A program made the position numbers and the translations under genes. From Candidatus Hydrogenedentota bacterium (GTDB lineage Bacteria; UBA8481; J006), in contig RFFU01000040.1 in assembly GCA_003697085.1 (NCBI GenBank), positions 3,133-67,132 of the forward strand: DNA of 64,000 nt, given 5' to 3'. Below, one piece after another: positions 49,901 through 57,738 of the stretch; position 1 is the stretch's first letter, and every line of letters begins with the position of its first letter. The notes under the pieces were generated by a model that saw nothing but the letters and a program-made list of their open reading frames with translations, was not told the DNA's origin and did not search any database.

Positions 49901-52900
49901 GGATACGCTGCCCGGTTCGCAGAGGAGTTACACGTATGCGGGAGCGGTGCGAGGCGAGGTCTATTACGCCAGACTCAAAGCGGTTGATACGGGAGGTTTC
50001 ACCGGCACATCGTCGCCTTCGGACGGAATCTATGTCAGCCGGAGGTACGCCAACGGTGACTCGACCGATTGGGCCTCGGCGGGCGGAATGGCTCCGGACA
50101 CCATCAACACGCCGGCGGCTCCGTCGTGGGAAGGAATCTGGATGGATTCGGTGACGGACAACCGAACGGACGACGCCGGAAACGCGTCCCGAGATCTGAA
50201 GGAGTTCCACGTGACCGCCGATTCCTTCAACCTTTATCTCCTAATGACTTTTCGAGATTTCACGAACGATGCCATCATCCAGGTCGCGGTTTCGACGGAC
50301 AATTCCTCCGACAAGCGTGTTTACGAAGGGCGAAGCGTTTATGCGGAGGATTCCTATACGTCGGTGGAGGGAGCCTGGGAACGAATGATACGGGTGAGGA
50401 CGGGAAACGACGATGTTTACACCTTAAACACGGCCTTTGCCGGCCAAGCGGCGAAATATACCGAGAATGTGTCGCAGAGAATGGTGGAGGTGGCGGTGCC
50501 GCTTTCGCGGTTGGGAGGTCGGGAGAAGATCTTGGGAAACACGGTAGGGTTCACGGTGGCGACCTTCATTAATTCAGCGGGAAGCGTCGGGCAGAACGGA
50601 GCGAACAATTCGAACATCGTCGATGTAATCACGACGAACAACGGCACGGGGACGTGGGGCGAGGTGAGCGATCGGGACGTCGATTTCCTCTTGAATGTGA
50701 CGTTCGATGGCGAAGGGAGGGTTACGGCGATCTCGGCCGATACCGTCTCGAGCACGATTCCTGACGAACCGACGCAGACGGGAGCCGCTGCTTCTTCAAA
50801 CTTTGATCTCATCTTCTACAATCTCTTCGTCGATCGCTTTCTTTCTGGGCGGAGTGACAATCCTCCTTCCGATCTGGATATGACCGGCGGCGATCTCGAG
50901 GGTATCGCGGATTCTTTCACCTATTTCAACAAGATGGGGGTCACCTGCGTGTATCTTTCGCCGATCATGGATTTCGGCGGCGGGGTTTGGGGATACAATC
51001 AGAGCGATCTGTATCGTCTCCAATGGAGTTTTGGTTCGCCGAGTGCGCCGCGGAATGGAACGCTGGATTTCGTCGATTTCGTCAAACGCGCCCGCCATCA
51101 CAATCTCAAAGTGGGTTTCGACTGGGTTCCGGGACAGGTATATAACGGGCGAACCGTTTCGAATCATCCGGAACTCTTCGAGGGAAAGCGATTCGGCGGC
51201 GAGGCGGTGCGGCAGGAATCGGTCGAGGCGCGGCAGTTCTTCTCGGACCATTCGCTTTTCTGGGCGGCGCTGGGGTCGTCGGCGTATCGTGTCGATAATC
51301 CCAAATTCTACCCAGATGATTACACGACCGGTTTGCCTTTCTTTGCTTACACGCGTGAGTTTTGGGACAAGTACGTTCCCGACCTGTACACCTTTGGAGA
51401 GGTGCCGGACAACGAGGGAGTGGTGGGGGCGTTTTGTAAGGACGGGCAGAGGCTCACGGGGATGCTTGACTTTCCGATGATGTTCGGATTGCAGCAGTGG
51501 GCCGCCGGAAACAAGAATGCCAGCGATTTCAAGACACAGGATATCGAAGGAAAGGAGCCGAGTTACCAAGGAGCCGTGAAGGCGTTGATGGCGACTCTTA
51601 TCGAAAATCACGATCATAGTCGGACTTATCATCAAGTCGGCGGAGGTCCGGATCTGGACGGATCGAAGGATCCGGCGATCATGGCGAACATTCAGTTGGC
51701 GTATCTCTTTGCCGGCGCGCACAGTCACAATCCGGTGATCTGGTACGGCGACGAGGTCCCCATTACGGGATGGAAGGATTACACCTATCCGGGGTTCACC
51801 TATACGACGAGCACGAGCAAATTCGGGAATACCAGGGCCTTCCCGTGGGATTTCCCGGACGGGACGTGGTTGCGAGACAATTTTCGGGCGATCTTCACCG
51901 CACGGAACATCTTCCGCGCGCTTCGGACGGACAATGCCGGGCGCTTTTTCGATATTCCGGATCTCAATGTGATGACGATGCAGAGATTCACTGGGGGAGC
52001 GGGGGATTACGAGAAGGTGGTGGCGGTGATCAACAACGCCAATGTGGACAAGAATGTTACGATTGCCACGGGCGACAGCAACAAGTTCTTCCGCGATTGG
52101 CTCAACCCCGCCGTGACGGGGACCACGGATGCTTCCGGAAATCTCGTCGGCTGGAATGTGCCGTCGAACTGGGGGTTTTATCTTGTGCGCGGGGGATTCG
52201 GACAGAGGCAGTTGCACGTGGATGCGGGAATGAGCGGTGTGATCGTCTCGATAGACAATACTTCTTCCTGGACTTGTGTGACGGGGGACGACGGGAGTTG
52301 CACGATCACGCGGATTCTCGTCAACGACGAAGGCAATGGGAACTTTAATTCGTGGGATCGCACCTTGCGGGCCTGGAAGAAAGGGTACAAGGAGTACGTC
52401 GGGACGTACACCTTCGGTTCCTCGAACGGAGTGGCGGCGGTTGCCGATGACACGACGATTACGTTGCAAGCGGATGATGGCGTTCCCCCGGCGGCTCCGC
52501 AGGGCCTTTCGGCCCAGCCGCGGGACCGAGCCGCGTTCCTGACCTGGGAGAAGAACAATGAAAGCGATTTCGAGTCGTACAAGGTCTATCGATCCAAAAC
52601 GCCCAACGATCCCTCACCGACCTTGATCGCCGAAACACTTCGTCCGTTCCTTTACGATAACGATCTCGATAACTTTCTGACCAACGGCGATACCTATTAT
52701 TACAAGGTTCGCGCGATGGACTGGAACGAGAACTTGTCCGGGTTTTCGAACGAGGTGGCGGTGGTTCCGGGAAAGTACAACGTGAAGTTTTATTTGGAAC
52801 TTGAAGGTTCGGGACTGAGCGGAGTGCAATACGCCATGATTGCAGGGAACCATGACGCCCTCGGCGCCTGGACTCCAGTTCAGATGACACAGGTCGATAC

Positions 52901-54347
52901 CACGCTCTGGATGATAGAGACTGAGATGGATCCGACCTCGATGCCGGAGTACAAATATGTTGTTCAAACGGCTTCCGGGCAGATATGGGAGAACGATTTC
53001 GGTAACAACAAAATCTTCACGCAGAACCGCCTCGTGGACATTGTCGATCACACGGGAAATCGCGAAGCGATCTTCACGAACAAGTGGAACATTGCCGGGG
53101 ACGCGGCGCCGCGGCAGGTGAAGAATGTCACCGCGGTGAGCGCGGATTCAGGGGTAAAGGTGGGATGGAGTCCGAATCCCGAGCCGGACGTGGTTCGGTA
53201 TGTTATCCAGCGGGCCACGAACCCCGCCGGACCGTTTACCTATTTGGGTGACGCCGATGCTTCTCAGAACGTTTTTTGGGATACGAATGTGACGTTGGGA
53301 TTGACGTATTACTATCAGGTTCGAGCCGTCGATTGGTGGAACTCGGGCGGGGATTTCTCCGCCAACGCGTCCGTGACGGTCTCTCCAGCCGACCTTGTCG
53401 CCCCGGCGGCTCCCACCGGCCTCACGCTCAATCCCGCTGGAACGTCCTCGATCAAACTCACGTGGTTGGCAAATTCCGAAGGGGATGTTTCTGGGTACGA
53501 TGTGTATCGGAGTACCGATCCGACGGTTCCGATTGCCCCGGAAAACAAGGTGAACGCGAGTCGGATCTTGCATTCGTTGTCACCGAGCTACACGGATACG
53601 GGGGTGACGGCGGGGCAGCGATATTACTACCGCGTCGTTGCCATCGACAATGCGAACAACCAATCCTCGGGGAGCGACACGGCTTCCGCGTATCTTGTCG
53701 CGGCGACCTTCGTTCTTGATTTGGGCAATGTGTCGCCGTCTTCGGTCGAAATCTCGGGGAATGCGGCGACAATGGGCCCGAGTCCGTCGCGGGTTAAACT
53801 TTCGAGCATCGGAGGAAGCCAGTGGTCCGTCACATTGGGAGTCTTTGCCGGCGTGCAACTGACGTATAAGTACAGCTACAACAACGGAACGGTCGAGGAA
53901 GCAAATTTTCAGACGAATTCGCTCAAGAGGGAGTGGACCCCCTCGGAGCAAGCCAGCGTAACTCGGCAGGAAGATTGGGAGGAGGAGCCCGCCGGAGTAA
54001 GATCGCCGGCCGGTTATCCTGGAAATAAAAAGGCATATCTCAGCTGGACTGGGGATTCCAGCGTGGATGTGTACGCCTACGTCATCGATCGCGCATCGGC
54101 CTCCGATACCACTTTTCATAGACTGACTCCTTCTCCGACGACCAATACGTATTACACCGATTCCAATCTGACGAACGGAGAGACCTACTATTACGTGATT
54201 CGTTCGGTCGATGCGGGGACGTTTCAGTTGGAGAGTCCGCCGTCGAAGATGCTGGTAGTGATGCCGAATGAGCCGATTTGGGTACGGTTTCGCGTCGAGC
54301 GGCCGGATGCGGATCGGATTCGAAGGCCGAAGGTGGTTTGGAGATGA
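43932..54347 (+). CDS. Giant secreted multimodular GH13 alpha-amylase/amylopullulanase-like protein (CBM-like, lamin-tail, DOMON/CBM9-like, FN3 and CBM20 modules)
   Basis: 3471-codon ORF, likely start GTG 44085 before the signal peptide. PGDFNGW and PGTYNGW CBM-like domains; LTD (DFIELYNP); VDG..SDW modules; GH13 ~50800-51930 (YRVDN, FGE, ENHD); C-terminal FN3/CBM20 repeats. Confidence 0.88.
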   Translation: MRVGVEVIELRRNDTKEKNRKEKRNAGGKGSGGTGATVEEGPDAVRPFDQAVKRPSHGKRRREIERGRSFVSIGLLLFGGGLLFQIFAPVYATNPVTVPGDFNGWNNSSGNKMTYINTWNGRDVFAVLTTIDSVAYGTGHQYKIYVGDWATPSGGWLGGGTSSGLKLPQVVNQLDSQPVTPTITIDIDTSVYHDTPGMFYIQFRVKPSGGGLGTINDVVFKRATVQAPGTYNGWDTDGAATEMAKIGLTDTWVKYVSISAVGTVQFKIITGNSWDWYHWGWSNANTLSVPVDTTAFEGPSFGAGQPQNIQVNVTETGVYRLTFNTVTDQITFTKVTEPLISQVQTSGASATDDFIELYNPTPDSIEMSNYFLAQRASSEETVTVIHRFTSDSIPPHGYYLWAHATGYTGETPANQTSLVNVTNDNLILLKKNGDTTSEYLAEVVDAVGYGAWAAPTSLAAQESGYWRSAFYEGSGLASNPAANGSLMRLPGGIGGEHSDSQDNANDFITLSASMPRNKTGYRTPYTFSDTVSPSSVVSGETFLLTMVVKDWLGETVGLYSDTADLSVSAGTINPKKTQAFSAGTRSESASITGAPATVTITTTAPDGSFQGTVDITVTPDLVNGWHIPKNNEPDTAVDADSFMRTATNTEGGTNNDTMWPRRRTTDNPILLWVGKAPVDPDSPQSAAFRYQTATTAWSAWQNFDDTVIVGGNLYYRFTLNQGATTDWDFRDTVAYYFRLEQVGKDTTYIYGSGVADDVTTSQKTPVEATAQASPFIYKIRSTRPLPPDTAISPTDGQTDVGTRKPTFTWKESFDIDTAAGDTIVDYYFEIATKPDMSDSASLGLSKWLGSGNTSYTIDSPLQAFTWYYWRVRAKDSGSQVSDYSETFQFKINAIIAVDGDISDWILGETFPTINAGNMSHSTSMGITWDSNSIYVMWDKKESLHDSDVLFIYIDAVPGGSNTSINWSGTHNLPFAADTAFHMEPKGLKFEYRYWNGGAWVWKGAIGQKAQNYAGGIAEVSFPWSLIGSPSRFKILVYAMNNASSNHNIYSIIPVQNRTGPSSQKLVNYFEFPSSQSTVPNTPKYYKTTVVWPAASKGVTSFTPLIDGVKDPGWGDVPTATSASYRQPFPGPADTPIEVPPGGICRDVYVTNDAQWLYIGWEAFSDPYQLETDNTEQNADYGFFVTDTGVWGSPVDPWRWYDANRNFNATHRTTGYGVNVVANGTVGFQESNFSSAFKYTTVDGVNWENGVTMTIDEDWSADFNDSGQGWGELRIPLSDIRADIGPGDTIAIVHFGRHSAAKPGVNDVTPFDGAAASNWADNNAVHEMGDTAVFVYVIQPGVIDAFHIPDSAPVLGRGLMRQPASPNTSDNIELFLRANPEGVATTVDLIYSTDTWASSTSTSMAVAYASGGADFWSVTLPSIPAGTILRYYFKAQSDVMTTYVYGYDTQSYTTSVQATAQANAFSVLLGNTPPTTPTEVTLLPTSPSTNDTLVATASGASDSDVDVGVDTLIYRFRWYKGEVFQFETFDSVPPYTSQVVPASTASGETWFVKVAAGDGEDTSSEITSAVRLISTLAVWPAPLHDRVNSARIVTSVSGGKQVREWVWKDKDGDVRSGRSDLDLKEVRIQADTDYIYFLLRLGTFSIDKPFIAIAVDTSLDASGGTEMGDQTALLLGGGFATPALKFERMIAIHAVSSGSLAVELDTGAGVPDWGTPRSGYLLNVRREAGTIEVRLARSDLLLKGICTARFAVATFDNVVGSAAAIDATKDYSGNDAFDAVSMPAFSSNDADFSMSAWDEDLSDNDLDYWFQLSFADTILEANDSPSSTPGMLPATGDSETTNPPFFSWGQPDDLGTNDTVIAYIFELGDSGADFEQAVTYRVITSARNYTPPTFLTDSTYHSWLVRAVDRSGQIGTAVVQTYFQENATSILVTAPDDKQNLNNLGARNGDEVAVTSIIWTWPAAIHSESAPIDSYIIEIDTSTAFTKPILVDTLPGSQRSYTYAGAVRGEVYYARLKAVDTGGFTGTSSPSDGIYVSRRYANGDSTDWASAGGMAPDTINTPAAPSWEGIWMDSVTDNRTDDAGNASRDLKEFHVTADSFNLYLLMTFRDFTNDAIIQVAVSTDNSSDKRVYEGRSVYAEDSYTSVEGAWERMIRVRTGNDDVYTLNTAFAGQAAKYTENVSQRMVEVAVPLSRLGGREKILGNTVGFTVATFINSAGSVGQNGANNSNIVDVITTNNGTGTWGEVSDRDVDFLLNVTFDGEGRVTAISADTVSSTIPDEPTQTGAAASSNFDLIFYNLFVDRFLSGRSDNPPSDLDMTGGDLEGIADSFTYFNKMGVTCVYLSPIMDFGGGVWGYNQSDLYRLQWSFGSPSAPRNGTLDFVDFVKRARHHNLKVGFDWVPGQVYNGRTVSNHPELFEGKRFGGEAVRQESVEARQFFSDHSLFWAALGSSAYRVDNPKFYPDDYTTGLPFFAYTREFWDKYVPDLYTFGEVPDNEGVVGAFCKDGQRLTGMLDFPMMFGLQQWAAGNKNASDFKTQDIEGKEPSYQGAVKALMATLIENHDHSRTYHQVGGGPDLDGSKDPAIMANIQLAYLFAGAHSHNPVIWYGDEVPITGWKDYTYPGFTYTTSTSKFGNTRAFPWDFPDGTWLRDNFRAIFTARNIFRALRTDNAGRFFDIPDLNVMTMQRFTGGAGDYEKVVAVINNANVDKNVTIATGDSNKFFRDWLNPAVTGTTDASGNLVGWNVPSNWGFYLVRGGFGQRQLHVDAGMSGVIVSIDNTSSWTCVTGDDGSCTITRILVNDEGNGNFNSWDRTLRAWKKGYKEYVGTYTFGSSNGVAAVADDTTITLQADDGVPPAAPQGLSAQPRDRAAFLTWEKNNESDFESYKVYRSKTPNDPSPTLIAETLRPFLYDNDLDNFLTNGDTYYYKVRAMDWNENLSGFSNEVAVVPGKYNVKFYLELEGSGLSGVQYAMIAGNHDALGAWTPVQMTQVDTTLWMIETEMDPTSMPEYKYVVQTASGQIWENDFGNNKIFTQNRLVDIVDHTGNREAIFTNKWNIAGDAAPRQVKNVTAVSADSGVKVGWSPNPEPDVVRYVIQRATNPAGPFTYLGDADASQNVFWDTNVTLGLTYYYQVRAVDWWNSGGDFSANASVTVSPADLVAPAAPTGLTLNPAGTSSIKLTWLANSEGDVSGYDVYRSTDPTVPIAPENKVNASRILHSLSPSYTDTGVTAGQRYYYRVVAIDNANNQSSGSDTASAYLVAATFVLDLGNVSPSSVEISGNAATMGPSPSRVKLSSIGGSQWSVTLGVFAGVQLTYKYSYNNGTVEEANFQTNSLKREWTPSEQASVTRQEDWEEEPAGVRSPAGYPGNKKAYLSWTGDSSVDVYAYVIDRASASDTTFHRLTPSPTTNTYYTDSNLTNGETYYYVIRSVDAGTFQLESPPSKMLVVMPNEPIWVRFRVERPDADRIRRPKVVWR

Positions 54348-55435
54348 GCCGATCTGTGTTCCGGATCGCGGTAGCGATAGCGCTCTTTCTCTGCGCGGCC
54401 CCTTCGACTTATGCTCAGACGGCGCGTGACACGTGGGCGCAGGTGACAAAGACGATCGTGGTCCAACCGGGCTTGGACGTCTCTTGTTGGAAGGATGCCG
54501 GAAGAAGTCAGATTACGGAAGGGCCGATGACGATGACCGCGGTCGGCGATGGTACCTATGAGGCGATTATCGGCCTTCAGCGGGGACAAAAATACAACTA
54601 TCTCTTTTTTGCCAATGCCGGATTTCCCGCGCCCGGCGGTTTGATGGATTTCAACGAATATTACGATGTCGTACCCACAAGCGGTTTCATCCGGGCTTCG
54701 ACAAACGGCGTTACGGTGAACGATACCGTTTCAGCATATTACGGATCCGTAGGGCTCACCTTCGATGCGCGGCGAATTCTCTCCGTTCCAACGACGATTC
54801 CTCCGGGAGACACGCTTTGGGTCTTCAACAATTTCGGGGAAACTCCGGGCATCGTCTCTTCCTTTTCGGCGTTTCCGGAGGGAGAAACGAAAATTCGGCT
54901 CGTTTGGGGAGATCCTTATGGGTTTTGGGGTCAGAATGGAGAGGCCTTCAAGGCGGCGGATGTTTTGGCGGGAGGGCAGTTTCTGATCTACCGGAGTCTG
55001 AGTGAGTCCGGTCCGTTTCGATTGATAGCCGCGTTGGACGGCAAGGAGAACACCTTCGTGGACGACAGCGGAACGACGGGACTTGCCATGGCCGAGACCT
55101 ATTACTACGTCATCCGGTGTCGCGACGCGTACGAGGGAACGAACCTGGCGACCGATTCTTTTCCTACACTTTCCAGTGACTCTTCGAATGTGGTTCATGC
55201 CACGACCAGCGGGCCGCTCATCGGGTTCTTTGTGGTTCAGGCGGCGGATTGGCATGTTATTGAAAGAACCCGTGGTCGTGTCTTTCTCTCGCCTCCGGAA
55301 GCTCCTCCGTGGGGAAGGAAGTATGAGGCTCGAATGGTGCGGGTTTATCTCCCTCCTGGAGATTTGCGAAAAAACGCGTTTATTGATTCAGGATCATCGA
55401 ACATGGAGAAAAGAAAAAGAGGAAGGGAAGAATAA
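54344..55435 (+). CDS. Secreted partner protein (CBM-like N-domain plus FN3)
   Basis: ATGA overlap with the giant gene; signal peptide; MTAVGDGTYEAIIGL..GQKYNYLF; FN3 TYYYVIR. Confidence 0.75.
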   Translation: MSRSVFRIAVAIALFLCAAPSTYAQTARDTWAQVTKTIVVQPGLDVSCWKDAGRSQITEGPMTMTAVGDGTYEAIIGLQRGQKYNYLFFANAGFPAPGGLMDFNEYYDVVPTSGFIRASTNGVTVNDTVSAYYGSVGLTFDARRILSVPTTIPPGDTLWVFNNFGETPGIVSSFSAFPEGETKIRLVWGDPYGFWGQNGEAFKAADVLAGGQFLIYRSLSESGPFRLIAALDGKENTFVDDSGTTGLAMAETYYYVIRCRDAYEGTNLATDSFPTLSSDSSNVVHATTSGPLIGFFVVQAADWHVIERTRGRVFLSPPEAPPWGRKYEARMVRVYLPPGDLRKNAFIDSGSSNMEKRKRGREE

Positions 55436-55505
55436 AGGAAAACACCGGATGCGAGCGTAGCGCACCGAGGGGAAACGTGGAAGTCAATGGAATCCCGTGG
55501 AAATC

Positions 55506-55580
55506 TGTCCCCAACGGGATTCGAACCCGTGTCTTCACCGTGAAAGGGTGATGTCCTAGGCCTGCCTAGACGATGGGGAC
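55506..55580 (-). tRNA. tRNA-Glu(TTC), no encoded CCA
   Basis: GTCCCCA...CACCCTTTCACGGTG...GGTTCGAATCC...TGGGGACA cloverleaf. Confidence 0.93.
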
Positions 55581-55754
55581 GATGAGAGGAACGCATTGTA
55601 CGGCAAACTCCCTCTCCAGGACAAGCGAAAAGGGGGAAAAGGTGTCGGGAAAAGGTGTCATTCTTCCATTTTGCCAATTTTGTTCGAGAAAGAGAGAGGG
55701 GAAAAAGAGAGGAACTTTTTGCCGGATTTTCGTTTTTTTTTCAAGGATTGCCAC

Positions 55755-55831
<77 letters not shown>

Positions 55832-56011
55832 ACGGCGACGGCCCGCTGGTATTTGAATTTGCCGAAGGAAACTGTTTCACGGTGCAAACCGCCACCAAAA
55901 TTTATTTTACCATCCTTTTCCCGCAAGGCAAAAAAAATCCTCTTTTTGAAACGATTCGGCCAGGCGCGGTCGACTTTGGTCCATCGAATATCATTTATTT
56001 CCCAGCAGATC

Positions 56012-57373
56012 TTATACTCCACTGTAATCGTAGGACGAGCCTCCGATGAATTCCCGCAACAAGGCGTTTTTAGGGATCACCGTTTCGTCTTCCCAAGAAG
56101 AGAGGGAGTCAAGCAATTTCGAGACTCGCGCCGCACGCCGGGCCGCATCGGCGTGTTCCGTATTATCGGTATACTCCTGTGTCCATTGGCGGAAAAGATT
56201 GCCTACGCGCGCGGCCCAGAGGGGAAGTTCATAGGGAAGAGAACTGTTAATGACATAATCGGCGGAGTTTGCGTGCGGTACGATGTAGCGAAGTTCCGAT
56301 CGGCGCACGTAGTGCCAATGTTCCAGCGTTTGTTTCGGCGCGACGTTCCTGTCGCGACTGTCTCGGACGATCCTACGGATCAGTCGGATGTCCGTCCAGC
56401 GAATATAGCCTCCATCGGGGGAGCGGCACTGAAGGAGCGGCTCGATGTAAAGACGGCATTTCGCCTCGTTCGGTATGCCCGCCGTTACCGGATCGTGAAG
56501 GCCGTGAAGAGAGTCGATCAAGAGGATTTCACCGGGACCGATCCGGACGGGGGGAGCGGTTCCTTCGCGTTTCCCCGTCTTGAAATTGAAGAACGGTGGA
56601 CGAACCTCCTTCCCTTCGTAAAGCGCTCGCAGGTCTCTATTGAGCAATTCGAGGTCGATCGCTTCCGGGGTTTCATAGTCATAATCTCCGTGTTCGTCCT
56701 TTGGGTGAAGTTCCAGATCAAGAAAATAATTGTCCACGTGAAACGGCACGAAGACGAACCCCTCATTTCGAAGATGTTCGGCGACTTTGATTGTGCTGGT
56801 GGTCTTACCCGAGGAGCTCGGGCCCGCCACGATCACGAAGCGAATCTCGTCCCGCCGCCGTAGAATCCGATCCGCGGCGCGGGCAATGTCCAGTTGATAG
56901 GCCTCCTCGCATTCCCGTACCAGTTCCCGGAAAGAGCCGTCGGTGACCCGAGCATTAAGTTGTTCGACGGTGAAGACGTTGTGATCGATCGCCCAGTTGA
57001 GCGACTTCCAGACCTTGCGCCAAGGAATGCCGTCGCCACGGGCGGGGCTGTCGCCAAGAGTTTCGCGCTCGGCACGGTTCCGCGCTCGTTCGTTCCGATA
57101 AAGGATGAAGGCCTTGGCCGTTTGTGCGTGGCCCTGTTCGATCAAGACCTTCTCGATCGCATCTTGAATCTGCTCGACGTGCGGCGGATCGGCAATCTCG
57201 GGTTTCTTCAGAAGATATCGGATGACCCGCGTCGTGAGATATTCGGCGGTGCGCCGGTCGCGCCCTCCGACGGCGATCGCGGCACGATAGATCGCGTTCG
57301 TGATTCGCACGTCCGTGAAGGGAACGACGGATCCGTCTCGCTTGACAACGTGAGTGAACGGGGTGGTTTCCAT
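56012..57373 (-). CDS. ATP-cone domain plus uridine/nucleoside kinase-like protein
   Basis: N-terminal VVKRDGSVVPF...VEQIQDAIEKVL ATP cone; AGPSSSGKTT P-loop; RLIRRIVRD. Confidence 0.88.
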   Translation of the reverse strand: METTPFTHVVKRDGSVVPFTDVRITNAIYRAAIAVGGRDRRTAEYLTTRVIRYLLKKPEIADPPHVEQIQDAIEKVLIEQGHAQTAKAFILYRNERARNRAERETLGDSPARGDGIPWRKVWKSLNWAIDHNVFTVEQLNARVTDGSFRELVRECEEAYQLDIARAADRILRRRDEIRFVIVAGPSSSGKTTSTIKVAEHLRNEGFVFVPFHVDNYFLDLELHPKDEHGDYDYETPEAIDLELLNRDLRALYEGKEVRPPFFNFKTGKREGTAPPVRIGPGEILLIDSLHGLHDPVTAGIPNEAKCRLYIEPLLQCRSPDGGYIRWTDIRLIRRIVRDSRDRNVAPKQTLEHWHYVRRSELRYIVPHANSADYVINSSLPYELPLWAARVGNLFRQWTQEYTDNTEHADAARRAARVSKLLDSLSSWEDETVIPKNALLREFIGGSSYDYSGV

Positions 57374-57519
57374 ATCTCTACGCTATCGAAGAAGCCCCGC
57401 GATGACAAGTCGCGCCGCGGGGGGCGTGCCTTCTCCGTGTTCCCTGTGCACCGCTGGCGGATATCCTTTTCGAGCGACTTACACGGTCCCGGTGGTCAAT
57501 GTTACTTGCCGCTTTCCGG

Positions 57520-57738
57520 TTAAAATCCGAAATAGGAGACAAGAATGACCGAAAGGCCGAGTGTGACAAGGACGATGCGTTCAAACCAGAGAAGGGATTC
57601 CCAGCGGTGCCGGCGTTTCTTTTTCAGGATGAGGCGCCAGTAGGTATGGTTGTAATAGAGTTCGCTGGCGACGTAGATCAAGAGGACGAAGTAGAACGCG
57701 CCGGCCAACGTAAAGACGATCAGGCGTTGAACGGTCAT
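57520..57738 (-). CDS. Small 2-TM membrane protein
   Basis: Two hydrophobic helices; start codon overlaps the upstream stop. Confidence 0.6.
   Translation of the reverse strand: MTVQRLIVFTLAGAFYFVLLIYVASELYYNHTYWRLILKKKRRHRWESLLWFERIVLVTLGLSVILVSYFGF

Noticed and set aside
55450..55475. GCGAGCGTAGCGCA tRNA-like 5' fragment
   Set aside because: Too short and no cloverleaf continuation
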